Source of the DNA: an uncultured delta proteobacterium
GTDB lineage: Bacteria > Myxococcota_A > Polyangia > Polyangiales > JAFGIB01
Length of the DNA: 64,000 nucleotides
Direction: 5' to 3'
Assembly: GCA_963778655.1 (NCBI GenBank)
Contig: CAVZVA010000003.1
Coordinates: forward strand, 849,481-913,480
How positions within the stretch are numbered: the first letter of the stretch is position 1; each line of letters opens with the position of its first letter. A program made the position numbers and the translations under genes. Of the stretch, positions 25,114 through 37,572 are shown piece by piece. The notes below the pieces were generated by a model. That model was given only the letters and a program-made list of their open reading frames with translations, ran no database searches and was not told the origin of the DNA.

Positions 25114-25191
25114 ACAGGAAGGCGGGAAGACGGGAGGCCCAGAAATCCCGATTTCGTCTTTCAATCCCTTCCCGTCTTCCCGCCTTCCTGT
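25114..25191. repeat. REP-like inverted repeat between tuf and rpsJ
   Basis: Perfect 22-bp IR: acaggaaggcgggaagacggga / tcccgtcttcccgccttcctgt. Confidence 0.8.
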
Positions 25192-25207
25192 TTCTCTCGT
25201 CTTCGTC

Positions 25208-26398
<1,191 letters not shown>

Positions 26399-26488
26399 CG
26401 CTGTCTCCTGTCGACTCTGTACGAAGCTGGGTTTCTGGTGTGTGGGAGCTAAGTCGCTGAAGCGAGGGCCGCGTGACCCCCTCGATCG

Positions 26489-28600
26489 TCAAGCGCCTTT
26501 GACCTTTGCCACGATGGTTTCGGCGATGTTGTTGGGCACCGGCTCGTAGCGGTGGAACTGCATGGTGTAGGTCGCGCGCCCCTGCGTCTTGCTGCGCAGG
26601 TCGGTCGAGTATCCGAACATGGTCGCGAGCGGAACCTCCGAGGTCACCACCTGCATGTTGCCGCGCGGGTTCATGCCGGTGATGCGGCCGCGCCGGCTGT
26701 TGAGGTCGCCGATCACGTCGCCCATGTAGTCCTCGGGCACGACCACTTCGACCGCCATCACCGGCTCGAGCAGGTGAATCCCGGCCTTCTTGGCCGCGTC
26801 CTGGAACGCCATCGAGGCCGCCACCTCGAACGCCGGACCCGACGAGTCGACGTCGTGGTAGGAGCCGTCGAAGAGCGAAGCCTTGACGTCGATCACCGGG
26901 TAGCCCGCGAGCACGCCGCGCGCCATCGCCTCGCGGATGCCCTTCTCGACCGAGGGGATGAACTCCTTGGGAATCACGCCGCCCACAATGTCGTTCTCGA
27001 ACACGTAGCCGGCCCCGGGCTCGCTCGGCCCGATCTCGACCCAAACGTGGCCGTACATGCCGTGGCCGCCGCTCTGTTTGATGTAGCGTCCTTCCTGCTT
27101 GACCGTGCTGCGAATGCTCTCGCGGTAGGCGACCTCGGGCTTGCCGACGTTGCAGTCGACCTTGTACTCGCGCTTCATGCGGTCGACGATGATCTCGAGG
27201 TGCAGCTCACCCATCCCGCTGATGATGGTCTGCCCGGTCTCGTCGTCGGTATGAGCGCGGAAGGAAGGGTCCTCGGTGGAGAGCTTCTGCAGCGCCTCGC
27301 CGAGCTTCTGCTGCTCGGCCTTGGTCTTGGGCTCGATCGCGACCGAGATCACCGGGTCAGGGAACTCCATCCGCTCCAGCACGATCGGATGCTTTTCGTC
27401 GCACAGGGTGTCGCCGGTGTGCGCGGTCTTGAGCCCGACGGCCGCGCAGATATTGCCCGCGAAGACCTCTTTGATCTCCTCGCGCTTGTTGGCGTGCATC
27501 AGCAGCAGGCGGCCGACGCGCTCGCGCTTGTCTTTGGTGGAGTTGAGCACCGAGGTGCCGCTCGAGACCTGTCCCGAGTACACGCGCATGAACGTGAGCT
27601 GGCCGACGAAGGGATCGTTGATGATCTTGAACGCCAGGGCGCTGAAGGGCGCGTCGTCCTTGGCGGGACGCTCCTCTTCCTGGTTGCTCGCCGGCGAGAC
27701 GCCCTTGACAGCCGGGATGTCGAGCGGCGAGGGCAGGTAGTTGATGACCGCGTCGAGCAGCTGCTGCACGCCCTTGTTCTTGAACGCGGCGCCGCAGCAC
27801 ACCGGGACCAGCTTGAAGGTCAGTGTGGCCTTGCGCAGCGTGCGCACGATGTCATCGGGGCTGAAGTCGGTGTCGCCGTTGAGATAGCGCTCCATCAACG
27901 CGTCGTCGTTCTCGGCCACCGCCTCGACCAGCTTGTCGTGGGCCGCCTGAGCCTCGTCCTTGAGCTCGGCCGGGATCTCGATCTCGACGAACTTCGAGCC
28001 GAGCGCATCGGCTTCGAACACGATCGCCTTCATCTTGATCAGGTCGACGATGCCCTTGTGGTTGTCCTCGAGGCCGTAAGGAATCTGCAGCGGCACCGGG
28101 TTGACCCCGAGGCGCTCGCGGATTGTATCGACCGAGCGCACGAAGTTGGCGCCGGCGCGGTCCATCTTGTTGACGAAACAGATGCGCGGCACGTGGTAGC
28201 GGTCGGCCTGACGCCACACCGTCTCGGACTGCGGCTCCACGCCGGCCACGCCGTCGAAAACCGCCACCGCGCCGTCGAGCACGCGCAGTGAGCGCTCGAC
28301 CTCGATCGTGAAGTCGACGTGGCCCGGGGTGTCGATGATGTTGATGCGGAAGCGGTGCTTGGAGAACGGCCCCTCCAGCGGCTGCCACGAGCAGGTGGTC
28401 GCGGCCGAGGTGATGGTGATGCCGCGCTCCTGCTCCTGCTCCATGTAGTCCATGGTGGCGGCACCGTCGTGCACCTCGCCGATTTTGTAGTTGACGCCGG
28501 TGTAATAAAGAATGCGCTCGGTCGTAGTGGTCTTACCGGCATCGATGTGCGCCATGATGCCGATGTTGCGCGTTCTTTCGAGTGGATACTCCCGAGGCAC
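26489..28600 (-). CDS. fusA: Elongation factor G
   Basis: [34 protein letters not shown] start at 28600. Confidence 0.98.
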   Translation of the reverse strand: MPREYPLERTRNIGIMAHIDAGKTTTTERILYYTGVNYKIGEVHDGAATMDYMEQEQERGITITSAATTCSWQPLEGPFSKHRFRINIIDTPGHVDFTIEVERSLRVLDGAVAVFDGVAGVEPQSETVWRQADRYHVPRICFVNKMDRAGANFVRSVDTIRERLGVNPVPLQIPYGLEDNHKGIVDLIKMKAIVFEADALGSKFVEIEIPAELKDEAQAAHDKLVEAVAENDDALMERYLNGDTDFSPDDIVRTLRKATLTFKLVPVCCGAAFKNKGVQQLLDAVINYLPSPLDIPAVKGVSPASNQEEERPAKDDAPFSALAFKIINDPFVGQLTFMRVYSGQVSSGTSVLNSTKDKRERVGRLLLMHANKREEIKEVFAGNICAAVGLKTAHTGDTLCDEKHPIVLERMEFPDPVISVAIEPKTKAEQQKLGEALQKLSTEDPSFRAHTDDETGQTIISGMGELHLEIIVDRMKREYKVDCNVGKPEVAYRESIRSTVKQEGRYIKQSGGHGMYGHVWVEIGPSEPGAGYVFENDIVGGVIPKEFIPSVEKGIREAMARGVLAGYPVIDVKASLFDGSYHDVDSSGPAFEVAASMAFQDAAKKAGIHLLEPVMAVEVVVPEDYMGDVIGDLNSRRGRITGMNPRGNMQVVTSEVPLATMFGYSTDLRSKTQGRATYTMQFHRYEPVPNNIAETIVAKVKGA

Positions 28601-28940
28601 GATTCTTCTCCGTAGCGTCGACAGGGCGACTTGAAGGTAGAGGGCCGACAAACGAAAACCCCTTCCGCCCCGCCGGCCACCCTCGGGCCGACCCGTTTCG
28701 GAAAGGGTTTCGAGAACAACGACGGTGGGTGCGCGCGTGGGTTCGTCCCGCGGGGCGCCCGTTTTTTCTCGGAGTCGAGCGCCGTGCCGTTCTCGTCTAT
28801 TTGCCCTGCAGCATCAGGTCGTCGTCATCTCCTGGCCGAGCGGTTTCCCGGGGGACCTACCCGAACCGTTGTCCGTTGCCGGAGGGTCGTAAAGCCCTCC
28901 ACCCCGCGGGTCGCCGCCCGCCGGGATCCTGCTTGCGCCC

Positions 28941-29411
28941 TCACCAGCGGTAGTGCGCGAACGCTTTGTTCGCATCCGCCATCCTGTGCACGTCGTCCTT
29001 CTTCTTGACCGCACCGCCGCGGCCCTGAGCCGCGTCCATCAGCTCGGCCGCGAGCCGTTCCACCATGGTCTTTTCGCCTCGGTCGCGCGAGTACAGCGCG
29101 AGCCAGCGCATCGCCAGCGCCACGCGCCGGTCCTGGCGCACCTCGACCGGCACCTGGTAGGTGGCACCGCCGACGCGCCGGCTCTTGACCTCGACCTTCG
29201 GCTTGCAGGCATCGAGCGCCTTGCGGAATGTGTCGAGGGAGTCCGCCTTGTAGCGGTCCTGGATGATGTCGAGCGCACCGTACAGGATGCTCTCGGCCAC
29301 CGCCCGCTTGCCGCCGAACATCAGCACGTTGGTAAACTTGGAGATCATCCGGTCGCGGTACTTCGCATCCGGCAACACCTTGCGCTTTGGAATTTCACCG
29401 CGACGGGCCAT
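28941..29411 (-). CDS. rpsG: 30S ribosomal protein S7
   Basis: [28 protein letters not shown]. Confidence 0.98.
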   Translation of the reverse strand: MARRGEIPKRKVLPDAKYRDRMISKFTNVLMFGGKRAVAESILYGALDIIQDRYKADSLDTFRKALDACKPKVEVKSRRVGGATYQVPVEVRQDRRVALAMRWLALYSRDRGEKTMVERLAAELMDAAQGRGGAVKKKDDVHRMADANKAFAHYRW

Positions 29412-29423
29412 CTCAATTCTCCC

Positions 29424-29529
29424 GGGGCGGCACGCGCCGTCCCGCCCTGTCGGAGTGAATCCGCCGGGGCCCCACCCCACGCGAAAGGGATCCGCCCTCC
29501 CCTCTCGTCGCGGGGCGACGACTCACCCC
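29424..29529. repeat. Structured intergenic repeat, copy B (rpsL-rpsG)
   Basis: Near-identical to 13180-13286. Confidence 0.85.
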
Positions 29530-29563
29530 AGCTGCTCGTATTTGATGACGCACGTATTTCAGC

Positions 29564-29962
29564 TCACTGCTTGGGGCGCTTGACGCCGTACTTGGAGCGG
29601 CCCTGCTTGCGGTCCGCCTTGTTGGTGTTGGACGGACCCTGCGCGCCGGTGGAGTCGAGCGCGCCACGCACCACGTGGTAGCGCACGCCCGGCAGGTCCT
29701 TGACGCGGCCCCCGCGGATCAGCACCACCGAGTGCTCCTGCAAGTTGTGGCCCTCGCCCGGAATATAGGTGATGACCTCCATGCCGTTGCTGAGCCGCAC
29801 GCGCGCGACTTTGCGCAACGCGGAGTTCGGCTTCTTCGGCGTGGTGGTGTACACGCGCACGCAAACACCGCGCTTCTGCGGGCAAGACTCCAGCGCGGGA
29901 GACTTGGTCTTCTTGTGCTTGGCCAGGCGGCCTTTGCGGATGAGCTGGCTGATGGTCGGCAT
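29564..29962 (-). CDS. rpsL: 30S ribosomal protein S12
   Basis: [22 protein letters not shown]. Confidence 0.98.
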   Translation of the reverse strand: MPTISQLIRKGRLAKHKKTKSPALESCPQKRGVCVRVYTTTPKKPNSALRKVARVRLSNGMEVITYIPGEGHNLQEHSVVLIRGGRVKDLPGVRYHVVRGALDSTGAQGPSNTNKADRKQGRSKYGVKRPKQ

Positions 29963-30044
29963 GAAGCCTCGGAAGCCCCGAAAACCTCAGTTAATTCCGC
30001 GCGGCATCGACGGATACAGCACGGCCCGAGGGCCGGGGCACGGA

Positions 30045-30072
30045 AGGATACTGAGGGGCCCTCCGCTGTCAA
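30045..30072 (-). promoter_or_regulatory. Putative sigma70 promoter of the str operon
   Basis: Minus strand TTGACA-16 nt-TATCCT, about 80 nt upstream of rpsL. Confidence 0.6.
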
Positions 30073-30312
30073 GCAAAACCAGCGGAGGTTTCGGGAGCCC
30101 GCACCGCGCACGCGCACCTTGGGGCGCACCCGCGCAACTGCACCCGCGTCGGACTCGGGTTTGGCCCTTGATTACGGCGGATGATCGCGCGCCACACCGG
30201 TTTTCTGGGCGCTTCTTGCGACGCAGGAAGGGTCGGTCCCCGTTCAAGGAGCACGGGACGGCCCGAAAAGCTCCCGACAAGCGAGGGCCGTCGGAACAGG
30301 GCGAAACCCGGG

Positions 30313-31254
30313 TCAGAAACGACCGGCTAGGGCCAGCCCGGTGGGACCGAGCGAGAGCCGCACCTTGACCAGGTCCGGGGGCAACGACCTCGGCTGGTCG
30401 TAGCTGCGACTCGGAACGAAGCGCAGCTGGGCGTCGAGGATGCCGGTCACAGCGACCAGGGTGAACAATCCAAATGAAATTTGATTGGTATAACGGAACG
30501 CGGCCTCGGCCAGCCGCGCGTTGTCGCGCTCGGTGCCGGTCGGCGGGGTGCTCCCGTTGGCAGCGGACCGCAGGCTCTCGTGCAGGACGTAGGTGGTCAC
30601 CCCGATCGCCAGCAGAGCGCCCTCGGTGACCGCGAGCACCAGCCCGAGCCCCTTGTGATCGTTTTGGAATTGTCCCACCCCAAAGGGCACCAGCGCGATC
30701 CAGCGCGAGTGGGCCTCCTTCACGCGCTCGGTGCTCGCCAGCTCGATCAGGCGCTCCAACCGCTCGTGCTGCTTCTTGCTCTCGAGCTCGCGCTCGCCAC
30801 GCCGCTCGGCGTCCGCCCGCGCGCGGTCCTGTTCGGCGTGCACTTTCTCCTGGTCCAACCGCGCTTTGACGGCGTTGAAGGTTTTGACCACCTCGTCGGG
30901 GAACGCGAGCGGGTCGAGCACGTAGTCCGGCGCTGCGCGCAGCAGCAGCTCGATCTGGGTCTCGGCTTCCGCCTTGCGGCCCAAAAACAGGTAGGCGGCC
31001 GCCAGGTACTTGCGCGACTCGATCACCACCGGCCGCTTGTCGTTGGGCGCAGCGGTTGCCAGCAGCCCCTGGAACAGGTCGGCGGCGAGCTCGTAGTTGA
31101 GCGACTCGTAGGCTACCCGCGCGTTCTGGAACTGGTCGAAGTCGTTGGCCCGGGCCGGGGTCGCGGAGGCCAGCGCGGCCGCCAGCAACGCCGCCCAGAT
31201 CGCGAGCTGGGCAGGGCGCGCAAGGCGGCCCGAGCGCGGAGCGGCCATCACCAC
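30313..31254 (-). CDS. Secreted/membrane protein with a TPR-like N-terminus
   Basis: Signal peptide, helical TPR-like segment, coiled coil, hydrophobic C-terminal segments. Confidence 0.65.
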   Translation of the reverse strand: MVMAAPRSGRLARPAQLAIWAALLAAALASATPARANDFDQFQNARVAYESLNYELAADLFQGLLATAAPNDKRPVVIESRKYLAAAYLFLGRKAEAETQIELLLRAAPDYVLDPLAFPDEVVKTFNAVKARLDQEKVHAEQDRARADAERRGERELESKKQHERLERLIELASTERVKEAHSRWIALVPFGVGQFQNDHKGLGLVLAVTEGALLAIGVTTYVLHESLRSAANGSTPPTGTERDNARLAEAAFRYTNQISFGLFTLVAVTGILDAQLRFVPSRSYDQPRSLPPDLVKVRLSLGPTGLALAGRF

Positions 31255-31306
31255 AGGACGCGGTTATACACGAAATATTGCGGCGGTCTGCGGCACCGGC
31301 GGCCGC

Positions 31307-33076
31307 TCAAGAGTCCTGGCCCTTCATCGCCACCTGGACCGTCACGACCTGCCCCGCCTGCAGCCGCACGTCCTGCACGTGATCGTGGTGGCCGACCGCG
31401 CTGACTCGGATGTGGTGCGTCTCGACCTGCTCGTTGAGGTCCGGAATCTGGATCAGGCTACGGCTGCGGCCGGAGATCTTGCCGCCGTCGACGCTGACGT
31501 TGGCCGGTGTGTTGGTGACGACATACAGCCCGGCCGGGCGAAACTTGAGCCGCTGGGTCAGCTCGAAGGGCCCCTCTCCGGCAGGGATCTTGACGCTGAC
31601 CTCCTCGTCGATGCAGCAATCTCGCGCGCCCACGAATTTGAAGCGGTGAACGCCCGGATCGAGGTCGGCCTCGTGGAACGAGGGCCCGAACGCGCGCGGC
31701 GTCTGACCGTCTATGCCGATCGAGACGTTGGCCGGCACCGGATTGAAGGTGACGCGGCGCGGCCCGCTCGGGACCGGGGCCACGGGCGGGCGCGGGCGCG
31801 CGTGGTGCGCGGGGCGCGCGTGCGGGGCGGCGGGGCGCGGAGACGGCGCCGGCTCGCGCGCCGGCTTTGCGGGGCTCGGGCTGGCGGCGACCGGCTCGGG
31901 GCGCGGCTTGGAGGAAACCACCGCGCGCGCCGGGTCGGGCCGCGTGCCAGCGCCGACTTGCAGGTAGAGCAGGCTGCCGCCCAGACCGAGCACGGCCAGC
32001 GCCAGGCTCGAGCGCAGCAGCGTGCGCCGCAGCGCCGCGCGCCGGCCCAGGCGCTGTACCGCAGCCAGCACGCGCTCGTTGCCGTCGTCGATCGCGAGCA
32101 CACGGTTCCAGTAATCGAGCGCGGTCGGCACGCTGCCGCGGCGCTGGGCGCGCTCGCCGAGCTCGCTCAGCTTGTCGATGCTGCGGCGGCGAAAGTCGGC
32201 TGCGAATGCCTCGGGGTCGGCGAGGTACTGCGCCAGCGCCTCGTCGGGCGACTCGATTCCAACCTCGGCCACCAGCTGCGCGAGGTCGCGCTCGAGCTCG
32301 TCGGCGTCCTGATAGCGGCGCGAGGGCTCGGTCTCGAGCAGGCGCCGGATGATGCGCGCGAGCGGCGCGCCGATCGCGGGCCGCGCTTGCAAGGGATCCT
32401 TGAAGCGCCCCTCCATGATGCGCTTGAGCACGTGGTGCGGGTTGGCCCCGGTGAACGGCAGCTCGCCGGTCGCCAGCAGGTAGAGCACGGTGCCGAGCGA
32501 GAACAGATCGCTGCGCGGATCGCACTCCTTGCCCTCGATCTGCTCGGGCGCCATGTGCGCTGGCGAGCCCAGCACCTGCCCGGTCGTGGTCATGCCCTGC
32601 ACGTCGACCAGCTGCGCGATCCCGAAGTCGGTCAGCTTCACGCAGCGGTTCTCGTGCAGCATCACGTTCTCGGGCTTGACGTCGCGGTGGATCACGCCTT
32701 CGGCGTGCGCGGCGCCGAGCGCGCGCGCGACCTGGATCGCAATGCAGGCGGCGATCTCGGCCGGGATCTCGGGGTGCTCGTCGGCGAATTGCTTGAGCGT
32801 GGGGCCGGTGAGCAGCTCGGTTGCGATGAAGCTGGTGTCCGAGTCCTCCCCGCTGTAGTCGTAGATCTCGAGGATCGAGGGGTGGTGCAGGCGCGCGACC
32901 GTCAGCGCCTCGCGCGCGAAGCGCTGGCGCGCCTCCTTGGCGCCCTGCAGGTGCGGATGCATGACCTTGAGCGCGACCAGGCGGTCGAGGCGCGTGTCGC
33001 GCGCGCGGTACACGGTCGCCATCCCGCCGTGCCCGATCTCGTCGACGACGTCGTACTTCTCGACACGCTTGAGCAT
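31307..33076 (-). CDS. Hanks-type Ser/Thr protein kinase with TM segment and PEGA-like C-terminus
   Basis: IGHGGMATVY, VALK, HRDVKPEN, DFG, APE, DLFSLG. Confidence 0.92.
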   Translation of the reverse strand: MLKRVEKYDVVDEIGHGGMATVYRARDTRLDRLVALKVMHPHLQGAKEARQRFAREALTVARLHHPSILEIYDYSGEDSDTSFIATELLTGPTLKQFADEHPEIPAEIAACIAIQVARALGAAHAEGVIHRDVKPENVMLHENRCVKLTDFGIAQLVDVQGMTTTGQVLGSPAHMAPEQIEGKECDPRSDLFSLGTVLYLLATGELPFTGANPHHVLKRIMEGRFKDPLQARPAIGAPLARIIRRLLETEPSRRYQDADELERDLAQLVAEVGIESPDEALAQYLADPEAFAADFRRRSIDKLSELGERAQRRGSVPTALDYWNRVLAIDDGNERVLAAVQRLGRRAALRRTLLRSSLALAVLGLGGSLLYLQVGAGTRPDPARAVVSSKPRPEPVAASPSPAKPAREPAPSPRPAAPHARPAHHARPRPPVAPVPSGPRRVTFNPVPANVSIGIDGQTPRAFGPSFHEADLDPGVHRFKFVGARDCCIDEEVSVKIPAGEGPFELTQRLKFRPAGLYVVTNTPANVSVDGGKISGRSRSLIQIPDLNEQVETHHIRVSAVGHHDHVQDVRLQAGQVVTVQVAMKGQDS

Positions 33077-33180
33077 CCCGCTCCGATGCAGCCCGCGCCG
33101 CTTAGCCTGCCACCGGCCCGGCCCGCAGCACAAGCCGTGCCAAGGTGTGCCGCGCCGCGTCGGCTGAGGATGAGTTGCAG

Positions 33181-33251
33181 CTCGGGAGCAGGGATTCGAA
33201 CCCCGATAAACGGTACCAAAAACCGCTGTCCTACCTTTAGACGACTCCCGA
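33181..33251 (-). tRNA. tRNA-Gln (TTG), CCA not encoded
   Basis: TCGGGAG...CTCCCGA acceptor stem, anticodon arm GCGGT-TTTTGGT-ACCGT, T-loop TTCGAAT. Confidence 0.93.
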
Positions 33252-33428
33252 AGGACCGCGCACACGCGCTAATCGCGGCTGATTTAGCGCAAATTCGCCG
33301 TGCTGGACAGGGGATCGCGCGCGATGGGGAAGGCCCCATCGCGGCCCCGGCAGGCGCGCCGGCGCTTGGCCGGCCCCGCAGCAGCGCTGGGTTGCTGGCG
33401 CGCGGCGCACGCACGTAGCATTTGCGGA

Positions 33429-34562
33429 ATGGGCGCTGGCCTCGGGCTCGGGGGGCGATTGACGCTGCTGGCGCTGGTGGCGGCCATCGCGGGCTGCGGC
33501 GCCAAGCCCGGCGGCCAGAACGCCGGAGCCGCGGCAACGGCGGCTGGCGGAGCCGCAGTCGGCGGCCCGGGCGCCGGCGGCGCGGGGGCCGGCGCGGGTG
33601 GCGCACATAGCGCGGCAGCTGGCGCGGGCGCGTCCGGCGCGGGTCGCGACGCCGGGCCCCCCGCGACGGCGGCCAACGACGGCGGCGGCCCGCCCGATGC
33701 AGCCATGGGAGGAGCAGGCGACGCGGGAGGCAACGCAGCCATCGACGCCGGCGCGGTGGCAGACGGCGGCGCCGCCAGCTGCCCGGGCGCAAAGCCGACG
33801 GCGAGCAACACCGGCGTGCCGCCCGGCGTCACCCTCGCCGAGATCGATCAAGACGTGACCGTGAGCCAGGACGGCACCGTGATCGACGGGCAGGACATCC
33901 ACGGCTTTCTCACCATCAAGGCCAGCCACGTGCAGGTGCTGCGTTCGATCGTGCGCGGCCACGCCACCAGCGCGACCACCGCGATCATCCGCATCGACTC
34001 GGGCAGCGACATCCTGCTGCAGGAGGTCGAGGTGGCCGCGGCCGAGCCCTCAGTCGACGTGGACGGCGTGTCGGGCTCCAACTTCACCGCGCGGCGGCTG
34101 AACATCCACGGCGGCGTCGACGGGATGAAGCTCGGCTCGAACACGCGCGTCGAGTGCAGCTACCTCCACGACCTGATGTCGTTCTCGTCCGATCCCAATC
34201 AGGGCGGTGGCGCGACACACAACGACGCGATTCAGATCTTGAGCGGCACAGGCATCTATATCGTCGGCAACCAGCTGGTCGCGGCGATGAGCCAGAACGC
34301 CGCGATCCAGATCACGCAGGACTTCGGCATGGTGGGCGACGTGCACATCGAGCATAACTGGGCCGACGGCGGCGGCTGCACCTTCAACATCTCGCACAAT
34401 GGCGGCAATTCGCTGAGCGACGTCTACACCACCGGCAACCGCTTCGGCCGCAACTCGTACTTCGACTGCCCGATCCTCAAGAGCACCAAGACCACCTTGG
34501 TCTCGACCGATGACGTCTGGGACGACAGCGACATGGAAGTCCCGATCCAGACCCACGACTGA
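33429..34562 (+). CDS. Lipoprotein with Gly/Ala linker and a right-handed parallel beta-helix domain
   Basis: Lipobox IAGC; KPTASNTGVP; NIHGGVDG, SYLHDL and HNDAIQ motifs. Confidence 0.7.
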   Translation: MGAGLGLGGRLTLLALVAAIAGCGAKPGGQNAGAAATAAGGAAVGGPGAGGAGAGAGGAHSAAAGAGASGAGRDAGPPATAANDGGGPPDAAMGGAGDAGGNAAIDAGAVADGGAASCPGAKPTASNTGVPPGVTLAEIDQDVTVSQDGTVIDGQDIHGFLTIKASHVQVLRSIVRGHATSATTAIIRIDSGSDILLQEVEVAAAEPSVDVDGVSGSNFTARRLNIHGGVDGMKLGSNTRVECSYLHDLMSFSSDPNQGGGATHNDAIQILSGTGIYIVGNQLVAAMSQNAAIQITQDFGMVGDVHIEHNWADGGGCTFNISHNGGNSLSDVYTTGNRFGRNSYFDCPILKSTKTTLVSTDDVWDDSDMEVPIQTHD

Positions 34563-34665
34563 GCGTGCCGGCGGATCTCGGGGACCATCGGAATTCAGAG
34601 ATCACGGCAAGACGCGAAGAGCGCCGAGATCTCCGCACGTCATTGCGCCTTGCCGGCTTGCTGTT

Positions 34666-36027
34666 TCATGAGCCCTGATCGGCGGCGCCGCGCACCCCTT
34701 GCTCGCCGCCCGTTTCCACCAGCGCGGCCAGCGCGTCGCGAAACACTCTTGCCTTGAGCTCGGTTTCCTGCAGCTCGCGCTCGGGGTCGCTGGCCTCGAC
34801 GATGCCTCCGCCCGCGAAATAGCGCACCAGGCCGGGCTCGGCGATGGCGGTGCGGATGGCCACCGCGAGCGAGGCGCCGCCGGCGCGATCGATGAAGCCC
34901 AGCGCGCCGGTGTACACATCACGCGGCTCGGCTTCGAGCTGCTCGATCAGCTCGATCGCGCGCAGCTTGGGCGCGCCGGTCACGCTGCCCGGCGGAAAGG
35001 TCGCTTCCAGCACCTGGCGCAAGCCCACTTCCGGCCGCGTGCGACAGCGCACGCTCGAAACCAGGTGCCAGAGGCCGGCGTAGGGCTCTACGGCCAGCAG
35101 CTCGGGCAGCTGCACGCTGCCGATCTCGGCGACGCGGCCCAGGTCGTTGCGCATCAGATCCACGATCATGCTGTGCTCGGCGCGTTCCTTGGCGTCGGCG
35201 CGCAGGCTCGCGGCCTCTTGCGCGTCGCGATCGCCGTGGCGCGCGATCGTGCCCTTGATCGGGCGGCTGAGCAGGCTGCGGCCGGCGCGCTCCCAGCGCA
35301 GGAAGCGCTCCATCGTGCGCGCCATCACCACGCGCGCACCGTCGTCGTAGTAGAAGCCGAGCGGTACCGGGCTGGCGGCACGCAGCGCGCGCCACAGCGC
35401 GAGCGGATGCCCCTGCAGCTCGGCGCTGAAGCGGCGCGCGAGGTTGACCTGATACAGCTCGCCGGCCGCGATGTGGCGCAGCGCGGCGGCGATGGCGTCG
35501 AGGTGCAGCCGCGGCGGGGCGGCCTGCAGCGGACCGGCCTGCGCGGAGCGTAGCGGCCGCGGCCCCCGCGCAAGCCGAGCGGCCAGCCGCTCGCAGGCGG
35601 CCCGATCGTCGCCCACCAGGCTGGCGCGCGCGACGCGGTGGTCGACCACGAGCAGCGCGTCGTAGCGCGCGAAGGAGAGCACCGGCCGCGCCGCCGGACG
35701 CGCGAGGCGCTGCGGCTTGCCCGCGGCCTGCGCGTCGTAGGCCACGTAGCCGACGAAGCAGGGCACCTCGCAGGCCTGCAGCCCGCCGGCCGCGGCGCCG
35801 CCGCCGCAATCGAACGCACGTTGCTCGAGCCGGTCGAAACAGGCGAGCGGCGCATACGCCGACAGTGGCGCCTCCACACGCTCCACCGGATCGGCGCCGA
35901 GAAACGAATAGCGGCCCTCGGGGTGGGCGGCGCCGCCGTCGAGCCAGCACAGGCCTGGCAGGTCCGCGAGGCTCGCTGCGGCCTGGGTCAACGACCACGG
36001 CGGCGACCCGAGCGGCAGCGCGAACAT
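34666..36027 (-). CDS. pabB: Aminodeoxychorismate/anthranilate synthase component I family
   Basis: YQVNLA, RPIKGT, KERAEHSMIVDLMRNDL, FPPGSVTGAPK. Confidence 0.85.
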   Translation of the reverse strand: MFALPLGSPPWSLTQAAASLADLPGLCWLDGGAAHPEGRYSFLGADPVERVEAPLSAYAPLACFDRLEQRAFDCGGGAAAGGLQACEVPCFVGYVAYDAQAAGKPQRLARPAARPVLSFARYDALLVVDHRVARASLVGDDRAACERLAARLARGPRPLRSAQAGPLQAAPPRLHLDAIAAALRHIAAGELYQVNLARRFSAELQGHPLALWRALRAASPVPLGFYYDDGARVVMARTMERFLRWERAGRSLLSRPIKGTIARHGDRDAQEAASLRADAKERAEHSMIVDLMRNDLGRVAEIGSVQLPELLAVEPYAGLWHLVSSVRCRTRPEVGLRQVLEATFPPGSVTGAPKLRAIELIEQLEAEPRDVYTGALGFIDRAGGASLAVAIRTAIAEPGLVRYFAGGGIVEASDPERELQETELKARVFRDALAALVETGGEQGVRGAADQGS

Positions 36028-36036
36028 GCGGAGCGG

Positions 36037-36801
36037 TTAGCGCACGCCCCGCTGCCCTTCAAGTCGCCTCAGCCACAGAAAGTGCTCGCGGTTGCCGGCC
36101 GGACCTGTAAGCACGGAGTCGTGCTGGCCGCGCAGCTCGAGGCCCAGCGCTTCGGCCTGCGCGCGCACCGCGGCGATCGCGTCCGCGCGCGCCTGGGGGT
36201 CGCGCACCACGCCGCCCTTGCCTACCCGCTGCCTGCCCACCTCGAACTGCGGCTTGACCAGCGCGACCACCAGGCCGCCCGGCCGAAGCAGCGCGCGGGC
36301 CGGGCCGAGCAGCTTGTCCAGCCCGATGAACGAGGCGTCGATCACCACCCAGTCCACGGGCTCGGGCAGGTCGGTCGCCCGCAGGTGCCGCGCGTTGACC
36401 CGCTCCATCACCACCACCCGTGGATCGCGGCGCAGCCGCTCGTGGAGCTGGCCCCGCCCCACGTCGATGGCGTACACGCGGGCGGCGCCGCGCTGCAGCA
36501 GGCAATCGGTGAAGCCGCCGGTCGAGGCGCCGAAATCCGCGGCGGTCACTCCGCCGGGGTCGAGCCCGAAGGCCTCGAGCGCGCCCTGCAGCTTGACGCC
36601 GCCGCGCGAGACGTAGGGATGGTCGGGCTGGGCCACGCGCAGCTCGGCGTCGCAGGCGACCAGGGCGCCGGCCTTGTCCACGCGTGCGCTGCCGCAGAAC
36701 ACCTTGCCGGCCAGAATCAGCGCGCGCGCCCGCTCGCGGCTCGGCGCCAAGCCGCGCTCGACCAGCAGCAGGTCCGCGCGCCGCTTCTTCTGGCCGCTCA
36801 T
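36037..36801 (-). CDS. tlyA: TlyA family rRNA methyltransferase
   Basis: [32 protein letters not shown]. Confidence 0.95.
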   Translation of the reverse strand: MSGQKKRRADLLLVERGLAPSRERARALILAGKVFCGSARVDKAGALVACDAELRVAQPDHPYVSRGGVKLQGALEAFGLDPGGVTAADFGASTGGFTDCLLQRGAARVYAIDVGRGQLHERLRRDPRVVVMERVNARHLRATDLPEPVDWVVIDASFIGLDKLLGPARALLRPGGLVVALVKPQFEVGRQRVGKGGVVRDPQARADAIAAVRAQAEALGLELRGQHDSVLTGPAGNREHFLWLRRLEGQRGVR

Positions 36802-37001
36802 GCGGCTGCCATAGCACGAGCACGCAACCGCAGGCGCGGGCGGCCGATGAGCGGATCACGCCCGCGGGGTGCTGCCCTGGGATGGCGCGGTGCTGTGCCG
36901 GAGGCGGCGCTCCCGCCGCCCACCCCTCGGGACCAGCGCTCGCGAGCACTAGGCACGTCGGCGCGCGAAGCGTATGTTTGGCAACCCACTTGGAGGCGAC
37001 G

Positions 37002-37466
37002 ATGGCGGAAGGACTCAACCGGGTGATGTTGATCGGCAATCTCGGGCAGGACCCCGAGCTGCGCTTTACCCAAAGTGGACAAGCGATCCTCAACCTGCGC
37101 ATTGCGACCAACGAGAGCTTCGTCAACCGCGACGGGGAACGGCAGGACCGCACCGAGTGGCACACGGTGATCGTGTGGGGCAAGCGCGGCGAGGCGCTGC
37201 ACAAGATCCTGTCCAAAGGCCGGCAGATCTTCGTCGAGGGCCGGCTGCAAACGCGCTCGTGGGAAGACAAACAAGGCGCCAAGCGCTACACGACCGAGGT
37301 CGTCGCCACTGAGATCGTGCTGCTGGGCGGTGGAGGGCGTGGCGGGCCGCGCACCAGCTACGACGACGGACCGCCAGCTCCGCAGGACGACGACGGCGCG
37401 GCCGGCGGCGGCGGTGGCGGCGGCGGCGGCGGCGGCGGCCGCGACGACGACGACATTCCGTTCTGA
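37002..37466 (+). CDS. ssb: Single-stranded DNA-binding protein
   Basis: [28 protein letters not shown]-terminal DDDIPF. Confidence 0.97.
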   Translation: MAEGLNRVMLIGNLGQDPELRFTQSGQAILNLRIATNESFVNRDGERQDRTEWHTVIVWGKRGEALHKILSKGRQIFVEGRLQTRSWEDKQGAKRYTTEVVATEIVLLGGGGRGGPRTSYDDGPPAPQDDDGAAGGGGGGGGGGGGRDDDDIPF

Positions 37467-37572
37467 ACGACGCGAACGGAAGCGCGAACACCACCGCCGT
37501 GCAGGCGGCGAGCGGTGCGCGCGCCTCGGCAACCACCAGCGGGGCCGCCAGGACGCCGGGCACGCCTCCGCG

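Noticed and set aside
33181..33251. tRNA-Gln as the integration site of the right-hand element
   Set aside because: It is 12 kb from the junction, flanked by host-like genes, and no duplicate of its 3' end was found.
37403..37440. (GGC)n microsatellite
   Set aside because: It encodes the ordinary Gly-rich SSB linker.
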